Source: an uncultured Candidatus Saccharibacteria bacterium (GTDB lineage: Bacteria; Patescibacteriota; Minisyncoccia; Phycocordibacterales; CAIZLB01). From it: 63,142 bases of DNA. How positions within the stretch are numbered: position 1 is the stretch's first letter; every line of letters begins with the position of its first letter. Shown piece after piece: positions 1-9,730 of this stretch. The stretch covers positions 1 through 63,142 of the forward strand of contig CAZFOD010000006.1 in NCBI GenBank assembly GCA_964520545.1, read 5' to 3'. The notes beneath the pieces are model-generated. The model searched no databases, was not told the DNA's origin, and saw nothing but the letters and a program-made list of their open reading frames with translations. The position numbers and the translations under genes were made by a program.

Positions 1-66
1 TCGTGCTTTTTCATAAGTACAGACACTTTACTCTTTAATATGAAACTTGGAAAGTGGGAGAATTCA

Positions 67-91
67 AAGACCCGCGGGGTGTGCGGGTCTT
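67..91 (-). terminator. possible terminator hairpin downstream of ORF 121..438
   Basis: Inverted repeat AAGACCCGC / GCGGGTCTT with a 7-nt loop. The tail on the minus strand is only weakly T-rich. Confidence 0.35.
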
Positions 92-120
92 GAGGTTAAA
101 GGTTTTGATTATAGTTAAGG

Positions 121-438
121 CTACTCGCGAAAGGGACTTTGGATGGTAATTTCCACCTCGGTCCTACTGTCGTCGAGAAACTCTACAGTAAACGTGTTCA
201 AGATGATGAGGCGGAAATTTTCTTCCGGCCTATTTGGACTCTTACGGTCAAAATCATCTTGTCCAAGTTGTTGGCAGACTTCTTCTGGGAGGATAAAAGA
301 TTCGTCACTTGCCCACTTATGCAGGTAGTAACAGAATAGCTTCTCTTGCTTGAAAATCTGAACCAATCTCCAATAGTTAACGTAATGAGCACCTTCATTG
401 GCGAGCTCACCACTGCGAAGGAGGCGTGGAGCTTTCAT
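121..438 (-). CDS. hypothetical protein (105 aa)
   Basis: Longest ORF in this interval, TAG stop, followed by a hairpin. No motif recognised. Confidence 0.4.
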   Translation of the reverse strand: MKAPRLLRSGELANEGAHYVNYWRLVQIFKQEKLFCYYLHKWASDESFILPEEVCQQLGQDDFDRKSPNRPEENFRLIILNTFTVEFLDDSRTEVEITIQSPFRE

Positions 439-529
439 ACATTTCTGACGGGAAGTCTAGACCTTTGGGGTAATTAATGCAAGTCAGTATATGAAAAGAA
501 AAAGCCCCTTGGGGCATCTTCTTTTTTTA

Positions 530-1948
530 TTACAATGTCTCTACCATCATCACATTCGATTCTAATACCTTTCCGAATGGAATACCTGAAACTACTACCA
601 CCTTGTCGCCTTTTTTAATAAGCTTTTCTTTCACCAAGACAGGTCGGATGTGCTTAAGTGCTTCATCGAGAGACTTAAACTTTGAAATCATAATTGGGTA
701 GCAACCGAAATACAAAGTTGCTTGCTGATATGTCGTCAAATTAGGAGTAACAACCAAGATAGGCTTAGGACCTCGATGTCTTGAAGTCATACGAGCTCCA
801 TATCCATATTCCGTAAGGGCGACGATATACTTTGCGTCTACTCGCTCAGATGTCTTTACAGCAGCGGAGCAAATTGCTTCGCCAGTTGCAAGGTGATGTC
901 CCTTGTCGCCATTAAGGAGTTGCTTATGAAGATGATCATTCTCAACACGAAGTGCAACTCGTGTCATAACGTCTACACATTCAATTGGAAACTTTCCGAG
1001 TGTTGCTTCCTCTGAAAGCATGACAGCATCTGTACCATCGAGAATTGCGTTCGCAATATCTGAAACTTCAGCTCGTGTAGGAACTGGAGACTGGATCATA
1101 GATTCAAGCATCTGTGTCGCTGTAACGACAGGCTTTCCTGCAGCATTACACTTCTTGATAATCATTTTCTGAACAAGTGGAACATTTTCAGCACCAATTT
1201 CCACCGCCAAGTCTCCTCGAGCCACCATGATTGAGTCAGAGAGTCGAATGATTTCATCAATATTTTCAACAGCTTCCTCTGTCTCGATCTTAGACATGAT
1301 AAGTGCCTTTGATTTTGCCTTGTCGAGAATCTCTCGAAGTTCGATAACATCTTCTGGTCGGCGAACGAATGAGAACGCCATGATGTCTACCTTGTTCTTA
1401 ATACCGAAAGCAATATCTTTCTTATCCTTATCAGTAAGAGAGCTTACTTTAAGATATGCACCTGGAAGGTTAACACCTCGTCGGCCCTTTGTATCACCAC
1501 CGACAATGATTTTACATTTAATTTCCTTGCCTTTGATTTCAACAACTTCAAACTTCTTCTTTCCGTCATCAACCATGATGAGGTTACCTGGCTTCAATTC
1601 CAAGTGAAGTGTTGGGTAGTTAATATTTACACGCTTCTCATCACCAACAATCTTTTCTGGGGTTAGAGTGATAAAATCGCCTGCCTTGAGCTGAACTCGC
1701 TCTTGATAAAACTCACCAATACGAAACTTAGGACCTGAAAGATCCTGCATAATAGCAGCCGGGATTCCAGTTTTCTTGATTGCCTTTCGTAGGTTATCAA
1801 CCTTGTTCTGGTGTTCAGCAAAATCTCCGTGAGAAAAATTCATTCGCATCACATTCATTCCTGCTTTCAACATTCGAACAAGCTGCTCTTCGCTTTCTGT
1901 AGCAGGGCCAATAGTTGCGACGATCTTTGTTTTCTTTCCTAAGTGCAT
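530..1948 (-). CDS. pyk: pyruvate kinase
   Basis: 472 aa. The N-terminal KTKIVATIGPA...MNVMRMNFSHGD and the MVARGDL..E motifs are typical of pyruvate kinase. TAA stop. Confidence 0.95.
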   Translation of the reverse strand: MHLGKKTKIVATIGPATESEEQLVRMLKAGMNVMRMNFSHGDFAEHQNKVDNLRKAIKKTGIPAAIMQDLSGPKFRIGEFYQERVQLKAGDFITLTPEKIVGDEKRVNINYPTLHLELKPGNLIMVDDGKKKFEVVEIKGKEIKCKIIVGGDTKGRRGVNLPGAYLKVSSLTDKDKKDIAFGIKNKVDIMAFSFVRRPEDVIELREILDKAKSKALIMSKIETEEAVENIDEIIRLSDSIMVARGDLAVEIGAENVPLVQKMIIKKCNAAGKPVVTATQMLESMIQSPVPTRAEVSDIANAILDGTDAVMLSEEATLGKFPIECVDVMTRVALRVENDHLHKQLLNGDKGHHLATGEAICSAAVKTSERVDAKYIVALTEYGYGARMTSRHRGPKPILVVTPNLTTYQQATLYFGCYPIMISKFKSLDEALKHIRPVLVKEKLIKKGDKVVVVSGIPFGKVLESNVMMVETL

Positions 1949-2034
1949 ATATATGATGAATTATCTTTTTTTATTTATAAAATTCTACGCGATAGCTGCT
2001 GGCAAAAAAAATCGGCCAGCTGCCGTCGTTCGGG

Positions 2035-2107
2035 TGCGAGTAGTAGGATTCGAACCTACGACCCCATCAGTATCAGTGATGTGCTCTACCAACTGAGCTA
2101 TACTCGC
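2035..2107 (-). tRNA. tRNA-Ile (anticodon GAU)
   Basis: 73-nt cloverleaf read by eye: acceptor GCGAGTA/TACTCGC, D-arm GCTC..GAGC, anticodon stem CATCA/TGATG with loop CTGATAC, T-arm GTAGG TTCGAAT CCTAC. No encoded CCA. Confidence 0.9.
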
Positions 2108-2156
2108 ATATCTATTTGTGTGGGTACTACCTTACCAAAAAACGAGCTAAAAAGAA

Positions 2157-2184
2157 AGAGCGCCACCGTTGTCGGGGACGCTCT
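2157..2184 (-). terminator. rho-independent terminator after the small-ORF pair 2208..2611
   Basis: Stem AGAGCG / CGCTCT followed on the minus strand by TTCTTTTT. Confidence 0.5.
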
Positions 2185-2207
2185 CTTTTGGGTTGATGGT
2201 TGACCTC

Positions 2208-2333
2208 CTATCCCTGCTGACTCCAGCGAAGGATTATAAAGAGGATGATTCCGCAGACCGTAACTGCCAAGCCGATATCGACATTGGAAGTGCTAGTCTC
2301 GGAGTTGGACCGTTTAGATTGGGGAGAGTTCAT
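2208..2333 (-). CDS. small membrane protein (41 aa), below the ORF-track cutoff
   Basis: Translates as MNSPQSKRSNSETSTSNVDIGLAVTVCGIILFIILRWSQQG with one hydrophobic helix. Its ATG overlaps the TGA stop of the upstream ORF (ATGA). Lies in a G+C-richer islet. Confidence 0.35.
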   Translation of the reverse strand: MNSPQSKRSNSETSTSNVDIGLAVTVCGIILFIILRWSQQG

Positions 2334-2611
2334 TTCTGTCCCCCACTTTCTTGACGTGCCCAAGCTTCGGGCGAAGTCCAGACAGTGTTGTAGCGGCCCT
2401 CAGGTAAGGCTGTTGCCAGCCTTTTTCCATCCGCGGAAATGACTCCGAGGATCTGATCTTCGTCTGATGCATAGACGGTTGGAATGTCCGTGACCAAGAC
2501 GAACACGATGTAACTTGCCACCACTGCAACAACTAAGGCTGCCACAGCTAGGGCACTACTGCTGCGCATAATGCGCTGTATCAGGGTTTTCATAAGCGAG
2601 CCATGGCCCAT
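2330..2611 (-). CDS. small membrane-anchored hypothetical protein (93 aa; alternative start M7 at 2593)
   Basis: N-terminal hydrophobic helix ALAVAALVVAVVASYIVFVLV. TGA stop in an ATGA overlap. Local G+C is higher than in flanking genes. Confidence 0.5.
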   Translation of the reverse strand: MGHGSLMKTLIQRIMRSSSALAVAALVVAVVASYIVFVLVTDIPTVYASDEDQILGVISADGKRLATALPEGRYNTVWTSPEAWARQESGGQK

Positions 2612-2714
2612 TTGCTGAGCCGCGATTCGCTTATGGAAGCCCGGTCAAGGTACTTATTTAAGTTACATTATACCATTCCTGATATATAAGTCAATACCCT
2701 ATTCTGACTCTCTA

Positions 2715-3110
2715 CTACTTTTTATCTAAATCCTTCTCTAGGCCCTCTACGAGTGGTGAGTCACCTCGCAGGTCTTGAATATAAAGAATATGGTTTTTGT
2801 TTATAGAAATAGTGTCCCGAGGAGCCTGAACTTGCTCTGTAATGGCTGTGACTACCGGTGAAGAAGACGTCGCCGAATCGACACGGAGTAAATATACATT
2901 CCTTAGCGTTAGCATCGGGGCAACAGGCACATTAACTCCCCTTCCGAAATATATCTGACCATTATCAAGAAACACGGCTTTCCATGAGAGAAGATTTGCA
3001 ACCAGAGAAATGAGTAACCAGGCAACTAGCAAAATTCCTGCAATGAGGGAAATCTTTTTGCCCTTTGTCATCGTAACGTTTGAATCTCCTTTTTTTCTCT
3101 TGAGTTCCAT
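2715..3110 (-). CDS. membrane-anchored hypothetical protein (131 aa)
   Basis: Basic N-terminus followed by a TM helix (ISLIAGILLVAWLLISLVANLL). Lies immediately downstream of the giant surface protein gene. Confidence 0.6.
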   Translation of the reverse strand: MELKRKKGDSNVTMTKGKKISLIAGILLVAWLLISLVANLLSWKAVFLDNGQIYFGRGVNVPVAPMLTLRNVYLLRVDSATSSSPVVTAITEQVQAPRDTISINKNHILYIQDLRGDSPLVEGLEKDLDKK

Positions 3111-3127
3111 AATATTTTAATTATACA

Positions 3128-6100
3128 TTATTCCGCTGATTCTGTGGGAGCAGGGCTAACAGTTGGTATTACTTCTTGAGGCGGGGTTACTACTTCTGCT
3201 GCAGACTCTGTCGTCGGAACTATTTCTGTATTACCTGAACTATCTACATCTACCACCTCAACAATTGAAACCTCTACACTCAATGCTGTGTCGGCAGGCG
3301 TAGCGGGGGTAATAGTTTCGAGAATAACACTTGAGCTAGCTGAATCAGATACTGCCGATGACTCAACAATAGGAGCCTCCATAACATCAACTAGAACTGT
3401 TGTTGTTGTTGTAGTGGTGGTAGCAGCGTTATCCACAACAATCTGTTCTGTTTTATTTTTAGAATTATAAACCTTAACGAAGAACCAATCGAATGAAATA
3501 TCCTCCGTAAAAGGTTTCGCAACTCGCACCACAAAACCTTGCCCTGTTTTCTTTTCAGCCACATAAAGAGGCACTTCGGTTACCGATGTTAGAGTAAGGT
3601 AAATACTTGAATGCGAATCAATTTGGCTATTTGAAATAAATATCTCTGTTTGACCAGCGGGCATCACACCAGATCCAGCAATCTGATTTTCACCACTTGG
3701 CAAGAAAAGATTTCCCCCTGGCAGAATTGTTAAGGTATCAACAAAGAGTTGTTTGATATTCGCAACAAGTGAGACAAGTTTGTTTGTGATAGTGATAGAA
3801 ACGTTATCAGCTTCGTTAATCACCGCTACCGCAATATCAGCAACACTCATTCTGGCCGCATCGATAAGCTGAGTCATTGTATCTTGTGTTTCTGGCTTGG
3901 TGATATCTGTCAGTTCAGACACTGTTTTTGCAGCATCTGTAATATCACTCCAATTGATTGTTTCCACCCCGATAAACACGGTCACCCTTGAGTCTTCCCC
4001 TTCAGCTCCGCTATATGAAGAAAGTGCACGTCCTACTACACGTCCAGGCTTAACCGCCTTTGCAGCGACACCCGGAGCGCTACCTGCGGTAATATAATCA
4101 CCAATTTTTATTGGACCATTTTCAAGAGAAACCTTCACAGGCACACGTCCAGCCAAAGCAATCGGTACAGCACGAGCACCGTCAATGTGCGCATCTTTTT
4201 GACTCAATCGGAGAGCAGGGTTCTCAGAATAAATACCTATAATATCTCTATCATTCTTTCCTACTGATTTTCTTACGAAGCCCTTTTCAGTTGTATCTAA
4301 ACTTACCAAATCTGTAGCAGCAAGCGCATCATCTCTCGTCGGGTAATCTTCAGCGAGGTCGTATGCACCCGTCATAGTATTCACGCCGTGACTAAACACG
4401 AACTTACCAGTACCTTGATTTCCGGTATTATTAAAAGCGGTTTCCTCTGCTTGAAATTCAATCCAGGCTTTATTAGCAAAACCGTTCTGAATACCATCCG
4501 CTTCATCAGAATTTGCAGCAAACTGAAGTGCATAGGACTCTGCCTCAGCACCACCATATGAATATACCTCAGCTGCAGTGGCCTTTGCAGAACCAACCCA
4601 GAGCTCATCATTGTACACGGTCATTGAATGCACACCAGTAATAGAGCTAGTAACACCTCCGAGCGCTCCCGCAGTAGAACTTGAAACCCTGCTCCATGTT
4701 GATCCCACATCAACCTTATATACTTCAGCAATACCAGTTGAATCCACCGTACCGACAAACAAATCATCATTATAGACTGACATCGCACCGATTTGGTCGA
4801 TACCGGTCTGGGCGCCAACGTCTTCTGCAATAATACCTGCGGTGGAGCTCGAAATAGCTTGCCAGTTTGTACCAGTGCTCGGTGGAACTCCATCCCACTT
4901 AACGACACGGGCCGTACCAGCACCATCATTGATACCCGCGTAAAGTCGACCGTTATATACAGCAAGGGTTGTTACGTTGTCAACAGCTGTAATGGTACTA
5001 GCGATACCCAAGGAGTTGGTACCTGAGTATGTACCCGCTGTACCGAGGATCGTGAAGCCGGTTCCCGATGTTCCTTGACCGTCATATCTATAAATACCTC
5101 CTGCATTTGTCTCACTCGTACCGATGTACAAATACCCGTTTAAGGTGGCCATGGCACTTACTCTATCCACATTGGCTGTAGCGCCAATAGTACCAGCGTT
5201 TGCAGGAATGTTACTCACCTTTGTCCAGGAAGCCGCCGAAGGGGTTGTCGTTCCATTGTATCTATAAACCTCCGCTCCGTTCGTTTTTGCAGTACCAATA
5301 TATAGAGACCCGCCAAACACGGTCATCGCCGACACTTCATTTATTGCAGTTGTAGTACCATTTCCTCCAATAGCACCCGCGGTCGAGCTCGAAATTCTCG
5401 TCCATACACTGTTTCCATCATATCGATATACTTCAGCGGCGCCCGTTTCTTTTGTACCAAGATACAATTGCCCATTATAAATATTCATTGTCGAAATACC
5501 GTCGATATTCGCAGTGCCTCCGCTAGCAACAGTACCCGCTGTTGCATTCGAAACCTTTGTCCAATTAGTGCCTCCATCATATCGGTACACTTCAGCTGCG
5601 TTAGCTTTTGTTGTTCCAACATACACAGAACCGTTGAATACTGCCATAGCGGTTGTAGAAGCAATTGAAGCAGTGTCGCCCGTATCAATTGTTCCAGCCG
5701 TACCACTTGACCGAACCGTCCAAACAGGAGCACTGTCAGGTTTTGCTCCGATTAAAATATTTCCAGCGACATGCAATTTTTCTGACGGAGATGTAGTACC
5801 AATTCCAATATTACCATTTACATCAATTCGCATTCTCTCATTCGCAGCCAAAGTTCCACCAGTGTGAAATTTAATAACGCCACTTGAAGAGGTTGTAGCT
5901 GTACCAATGGCGAGGGCTGTTGACTGCGAATATAAATAAGCATCATTCGCCCCTGTTATGGTAAAGGCTGGATCATTATATGTAGAACTATTAATTCCAA
6001 GGTCAACGAAATAACTAGTATCATTACCGTTATCCGCAGTTGCCACAAAATCCGTAGACGCTGATGTTGAGGCAGACTTATTCTGCGCCACTACCTGCAT

Positions 6101-7312
6101 ATAACCCGTAGTGCTTCCTATAAAACTAGCGATTGAATTAGCAAAACCGGAACTACCATAAGAACCAACAATCAAATTTGATGTTGTAGTGGTACCAACA
6201 ACAGACAATGCAGTGTCGGGTGTCGTAGTACCGATACCCACATTTCCTCCATTCAAATATGATACCCCTCCCGGATTCAAAACGTTCTCCAATACACCCG
6301 ATGTATTGTATTGCATCAAACTGTGGTCCGAGCCTAAAAATCTAACTATATAATTACCCGCTCCAACTCCTGCTCCGTCGGTAATATCAACAAAACTATT
6401 TCCACCAAGTCTAAGGCCCCCATTTGCAGACGTCAACCAAGCGGAAGTGTACTGCTCAGCAGAACCTCCTCTTCCATAAAGACTGATTACCGCCTGGGAG
6501 TTTGCCAACGTAGGGGCAACTATCAATCCCCCCGTTTGACCTTGAGGATTAATTTCAGCCAGACCAGAAGCAGCAACCTTAAACAATGTTCCTTCAGAAG
6601 AAGTCGCTACCATAAAAACATTACTCGCTGAACCGCTTGTACCCCTAACCACAAGATTTGCAGAAGGAGTTGTGGTACCCAACCCAATTTTCCCATCGTT
6701 CAATATTGTAAATACACTTGTACCACTACTCTGTATGTCAAAAATCTTTCCGCCTCCTAGCTGGTTAAGCGTAAAGAGCGTACTGGCAGTAGAAGAGGAA
6801 AGTGTCCCAGGCTGATCAGACCGCAAGTATTGTGTTGAGCTTGCAGTGCCGAGATAAAGAGCTTGAATAGCAGCTGGCACCGCGCCAAGCTTCTTTCGAG
6901 GCGACATTTCCCCGTCCCATGATGGAGTAGTTGTTCCGCCAATATTTACACCGAGATAAAGCGTTTGATTAAAATCGACGCTCGTAATTGACGTCACTTC
7001 ACCGAGCATTACAGAAAATAGACCGTTTGTAACTTGAACCTTATCACCACTTGTACGTGTTTCAGTCCAAACAGGAGAACCACCGCTTGATACGGTATAG
7101 AGTTTAAACTCCATATTATATGTACCGTCGGAAACAGAAACCCCCGCATTATTTGTTAATTTCCCCTGATAATTTATTTGTTGGTTTATATCAGCACTTG
7201 CAATAGAACCAAAAGCAAAAAATGAAAACATTGCGATAATAATCAGTAACACAAAAAGCTTTTTAAACACATTGAAACCTATATGTGGATTTTTTAATGT
7301 AGCTCTTATCAT
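3128..7312 (-). CDS. giant secreted/anchored surface fibre protein (1394 aa) with a 7-repeat beta-propeller-like region
   Basis: N-terminal signal/anchor (LFVLLIIIAMFSFFAFGSIASA). An INYQGKLTN..G..V.DGTYNMEFKLY...VWTE...V.V.NGLFSVMLG head module and Gly/Ser/Thr-rich fibre-like segments. Seven ~50-aa repeats (..S.M.V(Y/F)NG.LY.GT....AAEVYRYDG..W..(V/I)S..TAG), a poly-Thr run (ATTTTTTTTV) and a Ser/Thr/Val/Glu-rich C-terminal tail. Its ATG overlaps the stop of the upstream gene (ATGA). Confidence 0.85.
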   Translation of the reverse strand: MIRATLKNPHIGFNVFKKLFVLLIIIAMFSFFAFGSIASADINQQINYQGKLTNNAGVSVSDGTYNMEFKLYTVSSGGSPVWTETRTSGDKVQVTNGLFSVMLGEVTSITSVDFNQTLYLGVNIGGTTTPSWDGEMSPRKKLGAVPAAIQALYLGTASSTQYLRSDQPGTLSSSTASTLFTLNQLGGGKIFDIQSSGTSVFTILNDGKIGLGTTTPSANLVVRGTSGSASNVFMVATSSEGTLFKVAASGLAEINPQGQTGGLIVAPTLANSQAVISLYGRGGSAEQYTSAWLTSANGGLRLGGNSFVDITDGAGVGAGNYIVRFLGSDHSLMQYNTSGVLENVLNPGGVSYLNGGNVGIGTTTPDTALSVVGTTTTSNLIVGSYGSSGFANSIASFIGSTTGYMQVVAQNKSASTSASTDFVATADNGNDTSYFVDLGINSSTYNDPAFTITGANDAYLYSQSTALAIGTATTSSSGVIKFHTGGTLAANERMRIDVNGNIGIGTTSPSEKLHVAGNILIGAKPDSAPVWTVRSSGTAGTIDTGDTASIASTTAMAVFNGSVYVGTTKANAAEVYRYDGGTNWTKVSNATAGTVASGGTANIDGISTMNIYNGQLYLGTKETGAAEVYRYDGNSVWTRISSSTAGAIGGNGTTTAINEVSAMTVFGGSLYIGTAKTNGAEVYRYNGTTTPSAASWTKVSNIPANAGTIGATANVDRVSAMATLNGYLYIGTSETNAGGIYRYDGQGTSGTGFTILGTAGTYSGTNSLGIASTITAVDNVTTLAVYNGRLYAGINDGAGTARVVKWDGVPPSTGTNWQAISSSTAGIIAEDVGAQTGIDQIGAMSVYNDDLFVGTVDSTGIAEVYKVDVGSTWSRVSSSTAGALGGVTSSITGVHSMTVYNDELWVGSAKATAAEVYSYGGAEAESYALQFAANSDEADGIQNGFANKAWIEFQAEETAFNNTGNQGTGKFVFSHGVNTMTGAYDLAEDYPTRDDALAATDLVSLDTTEKGFVRKSVGKNDRDIIGIYSENPALRLSQKDAHIDGARAVPIALAGRVPVKVSLENGPIKIGDYITAGSAPGVAAKAVKPGRVVGRALSSYSGAEGEDSRVTVFIGVETINWSDITDAAKTVSELTDITKPETQDTMTQLIDAARMSVADIAVAVINEADNVSITITNKLVSLVANIKQLFVDTLTILPGGNLFLPSGENQIAGSGVMPAGQTEIFISNSQIDSHSSIYLTLTSVTEVPLYVAEKKTGQGFVVRVAKPFTEDISFDWFFVKVYNSKNKTEQIVVDNAATTTTTTTTVLVDVMEAPIVESSAVSDSASSSVILETITPATPADTALSVEVSIVEVVDVDSSGNTEIVPTTESAAEVVTPPQEVIPTVSPAPTESAE
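4537..5680 (-). repeat. seven tandem ~150-nt coding repeats (beta-propeller blade-like) inside the giant protein
   Basis: Protein-level repeats ending in AEVYRYDG / AEVYRYNG / GGIYRYDG / ARVVKWDG / AEVYKVDV / AEVYSYGG, spaced about 50 aa apart. Coordinates are approximate. Confidence 0.7.
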
Positions 7313-8868
7313 TTTCTAAAAATATTACCTAGCAAACCACTCGCCATGTTCAAAACAATTTCTGCAAATCGAACAAGACCAGTCATAATCTTTACACTGG
7401 ACCCAACGATTATACCAGTAATAACCTTAGCTTTACCGAAAAAACCTCGTTCATCTTGTTTATTACTTTTATTTTCTGAGACAAAAATTCCCCTGGCTAA
7501 CACAATCTCTTTTTGACCGTCTGATCGAGAGGAAATATAGAACTCATATTGCCTTCCTTCATAAAAACTTGGAATAGTTACTTCATATAAATCTGTATTT
7601 TTATTTTTTGTTAAAATAAACCCAAATCGTTGGTCAGTAAGGGTGCCTGCCACACAAAAACCAAGAATATTTTCTTTATATAGATTTTGATCAATACCAT
7701 TTACAACTACAGACACGGGCTTAGAATTATCTATGATGACCTGCCCTTCAAACGAAGGCTTTACTAAGGAGCCTTCCTGGTAAAACTTGATGGTACTATT
7801 ATCGCGAACAAGTTCGGGTGTTGAAATACGATTACCAATTTCTGGAGTAAGTGAGAAGCGACTGACGCAAAATGGCTGATTCTGCTTATCCACAAATGCG
7901 ACCTCTTCATCTCCAGCCCCACCTGAAAAACCTCCGAGCCTTCCAAGATTTTGCATTGAATTTATAGTATTAAACATATAAGGCAAATCATCTTTCAAAA
8001 GGGGGTCAATTTTTTCAGGTATATTATTTTTACTTTGTGGTTTTTTATAGAGTACATGCAAAATTGCAGGTCCCGAGGCGTTACCCGCGCTATCTATTGC
8101 AAAAATCGAATAATAATAAAACTGACCATCTCTTACTGAATCATCTGCTGCATATTGTCCACTTCCTTCGTATACGACCTTACCATCAAGCAAATCCTTT
8201 GGATAAAAGATAGTGGACCTTACTAATCTTACAAAAGCAAAATCAACGGCACTTGGATTATTCCAGCGAAATATTACTCTCTCCTTATCAACCACATTTG
8301 AAAAACCCGAAGGGGCTGATGGAGATGTTGTATCAGGGATGGGAAGCGTCCTGAACTCACCCTCAATGTTAAACCTCTTTCCTCTGCTATCAACCAATGG
8401 TATATGGTAGTAATAAAGAGTAGAAGGATCTAATTTGTCTACCGTAACACTAAAGATATTATGGTACCAAGACTGCGCCAAACTCCCCGCTTCGTATTGA
8501 GGTGTTTTGCCCCAAGAAACAGTTGCGAGCGCTGGATACAAAGTACCAAAAGAAATTAGCGCACTATTTACAGACGGCACCAATGTGACCTTGCTTGAAA
8601 AAAAGTCATTAAACTCTTTTAGTGATGTTGTCGCTGATTGTTGATCTTCAACCGAAGTAAAGAGTGTACCTCGACCGTCAGTAGCAGAACAATCAGAAGG
8701 ACATGATCCATAATTTTCTCCAATCACTGACTCACAAATTGCATTTGAGTTACAAGCTGCAACGTCCAATTGAATCTGTACCGAACCTGCCGTTGCCAAA
8801 TGTCCTGAAAAAAATATAAGTATCAATGTAAAAAAATACAACAATAAATAACTCTGAAAAAACTTCAT
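7309..8868 (-). CDS. secreted protein with Cys-rich N-terminal module, fibronectin-III-like domain(s) and a C-terminal hydrophobic segment (519 aa)
   Basis: Signal peptide (LLLYFFTLILIFFSGHLATA) and a Cys cluster (CNSNAICESVIGENYGSCPSDC). FN3-like strings are PSAPSGFSNVVDKERVIFRWNNPSAVDFAFVRLVRS...YYYSIFAIDSAGN. TGA stop is followed directly by TAA. Confidence 0.8.
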   Translation of the reverse strand: MKFFQSYLLLYFFTLILIFFSGHLATAGSVQIQLDVAACNSNAICESVIGENYGSCPSDCSATDGRGTLFTSVEDQQSATTSLKEFNDFFSSKVTLVPSVNSALISFGTLYPALATVSWGKTPQYEAGSLAQSWYHNIFSVTVDKLDPSTLYYYHIPLVDSRGKRFNIEGEFRTLPIPDTTSPSAPSGFSNVVDKERVIFRWNNPSAVDFAFVRLVRSTIFYPKDLLDGKVVYEGSGQYAADDSVRDGQFYYYSIFAIDSAGNASGPAILHVLYKKPQSKNNIPEKIDPLLKDDLPYMFNTINSMQNLGRLGGFSGGAGDEEVAFVDKQNQPFCVSRFSLTPEIGNRISTPELVRDNSTIKFYQEGSLVKPSFEGQVIIDNSKPVSVVVNGIDQNLYKENILGFCVAGTLTDQRFGFILTKNKNTDLYEVTIPSFYEGRQYEFYISSRSDGQKEIVLARGIFVSENKSNKQDERGFFGKAKVITGIIVGSSVKIMTGLVRFAEIVLNMASGLLGNIFRK

Positions 8869-8928
8869 TACTTCTTAATAATAACACATTTCAAGCTAGA
8901 AGTTATCTACTGGCAATCTGTACAACAA

Positions 8929-9696
8929 CTAAAGTGTTATGGCTGTGACTGTGATTGTTGCGGAATAACCGTCCGCTGCATCCTGTATCTTGGTTGCACC
9001 AATTTCTACCCTATATTTTATTGTGGTTGTCGCTCCACTTGGGGTATTTGGAGATGCTCCAGAAGAAATTACCCTTGGAGTCGTAGAAAGCCCGTCCCAA
9101 CACTTATCGGTGGTATCATTTGTACCAAAATTACAGCTTGCACCATTATCTTTATATCTCCCGACAATATCCGCACCCTCGGGACTAAACCCAAATGCCG
9201 CCGCTGAAGAAGAAACACTGAAGCTATAATCAGGGTCTGCACCGACAGGAACGTAGTCACTAATAGAAGATTGAGCAGCCTTCAATGCAGGAGTAGTGGA
9301 AGCAACAACAGTAAGCTGATACCCTGCTGAACTATTAGTTGTAACAATCCAAGAAGAAGACCCCGTAGCTACACCCCCAGCCAACCCACTGATAGAAGAA
9401 AGCGCCACATCGCTTGCTGAACTGATAGTGATATAAGTAGGAGTTGAAGACCCTACAACTATTCTGTAACCACCGCTCATTTGATAATTTGTACTCGAAG
9501 ATAGCCCTGTTGCAACCTCTCCCACAGTATCACTTAATCCATAATTAGTACTAGTAGACACATCCAGACCGCCAACATTAATACTGTCTGAATCAATTCT
9601 GTAACTAGTGCTTTGCATTACGTATGCGAAGAGAGAAATAGGGGTAATTAAAGTGACGATAATGATTGCTGTATATAATTTAGAAAAAAACTTCAT
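8929..9696 (-). CDS. secreted Ser/Thr-rich beta-rich protein, paralog of 10736..11398 (WxL-domain-like, tentative)
   Basis: Signal peptide. The core SSWIVTTNSSAGYQLTVVASTTPAL..SSISDY and the C-terminus GYSATITVTAITL align by eye with TTWNVKTNSSSGYTLTVQATSTPAM..NSIIDY and GTYTATVTATATAS of the paralog. Confidence 0.75.
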   Translation of the reverse strand: MKFFSKLYTAIIIVTLITPISLFAYVMQSTSYRIDSDSINVGGLDVSTSTNYGLSDTVGEVATGLSSSTNYQMSGGYRIVVGSSTPTYITISSASDVALSSISGLAGGVATGSSSWIVTTNSSAGYQLTVVASTTPALKAAQSSISDYVPVGADPDYSFSVSSSAAAFGFSPEGADIVGRYKDNGASCNFGTNDTTDKCWDGLSTTPRVISSGASPNTPSGATTTIKYRVEIGATKIQDAADGYSATITVTAITL

Positions 9697-9730
9697 ATGT
9701 ATTTACCCCGATTTTCTTTTAAAAAGTCTT

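Noticed and set aside
2612-2714. TATAAT and TTGACC hexamers upstream of the small-ORF pair, a possible promoter.
   Set aside because: On the coding (minus) strand the TATAAT lies 5' of the TTGACC, which is the wrong order for a -35/-10 promoter.
3288-7000. Many 60-120-aa ORFs on both strands inside the giant surface gene (e.g. 5514..5867, 4621..4965, 4793..5026). Similar ORFs lie inside ileS, ftsK, the lipase gene, argS and others.
   Set aside because: These are shadow ORFs nested within long, motif-supported genes. They have low-complexity translations and no independent signals.
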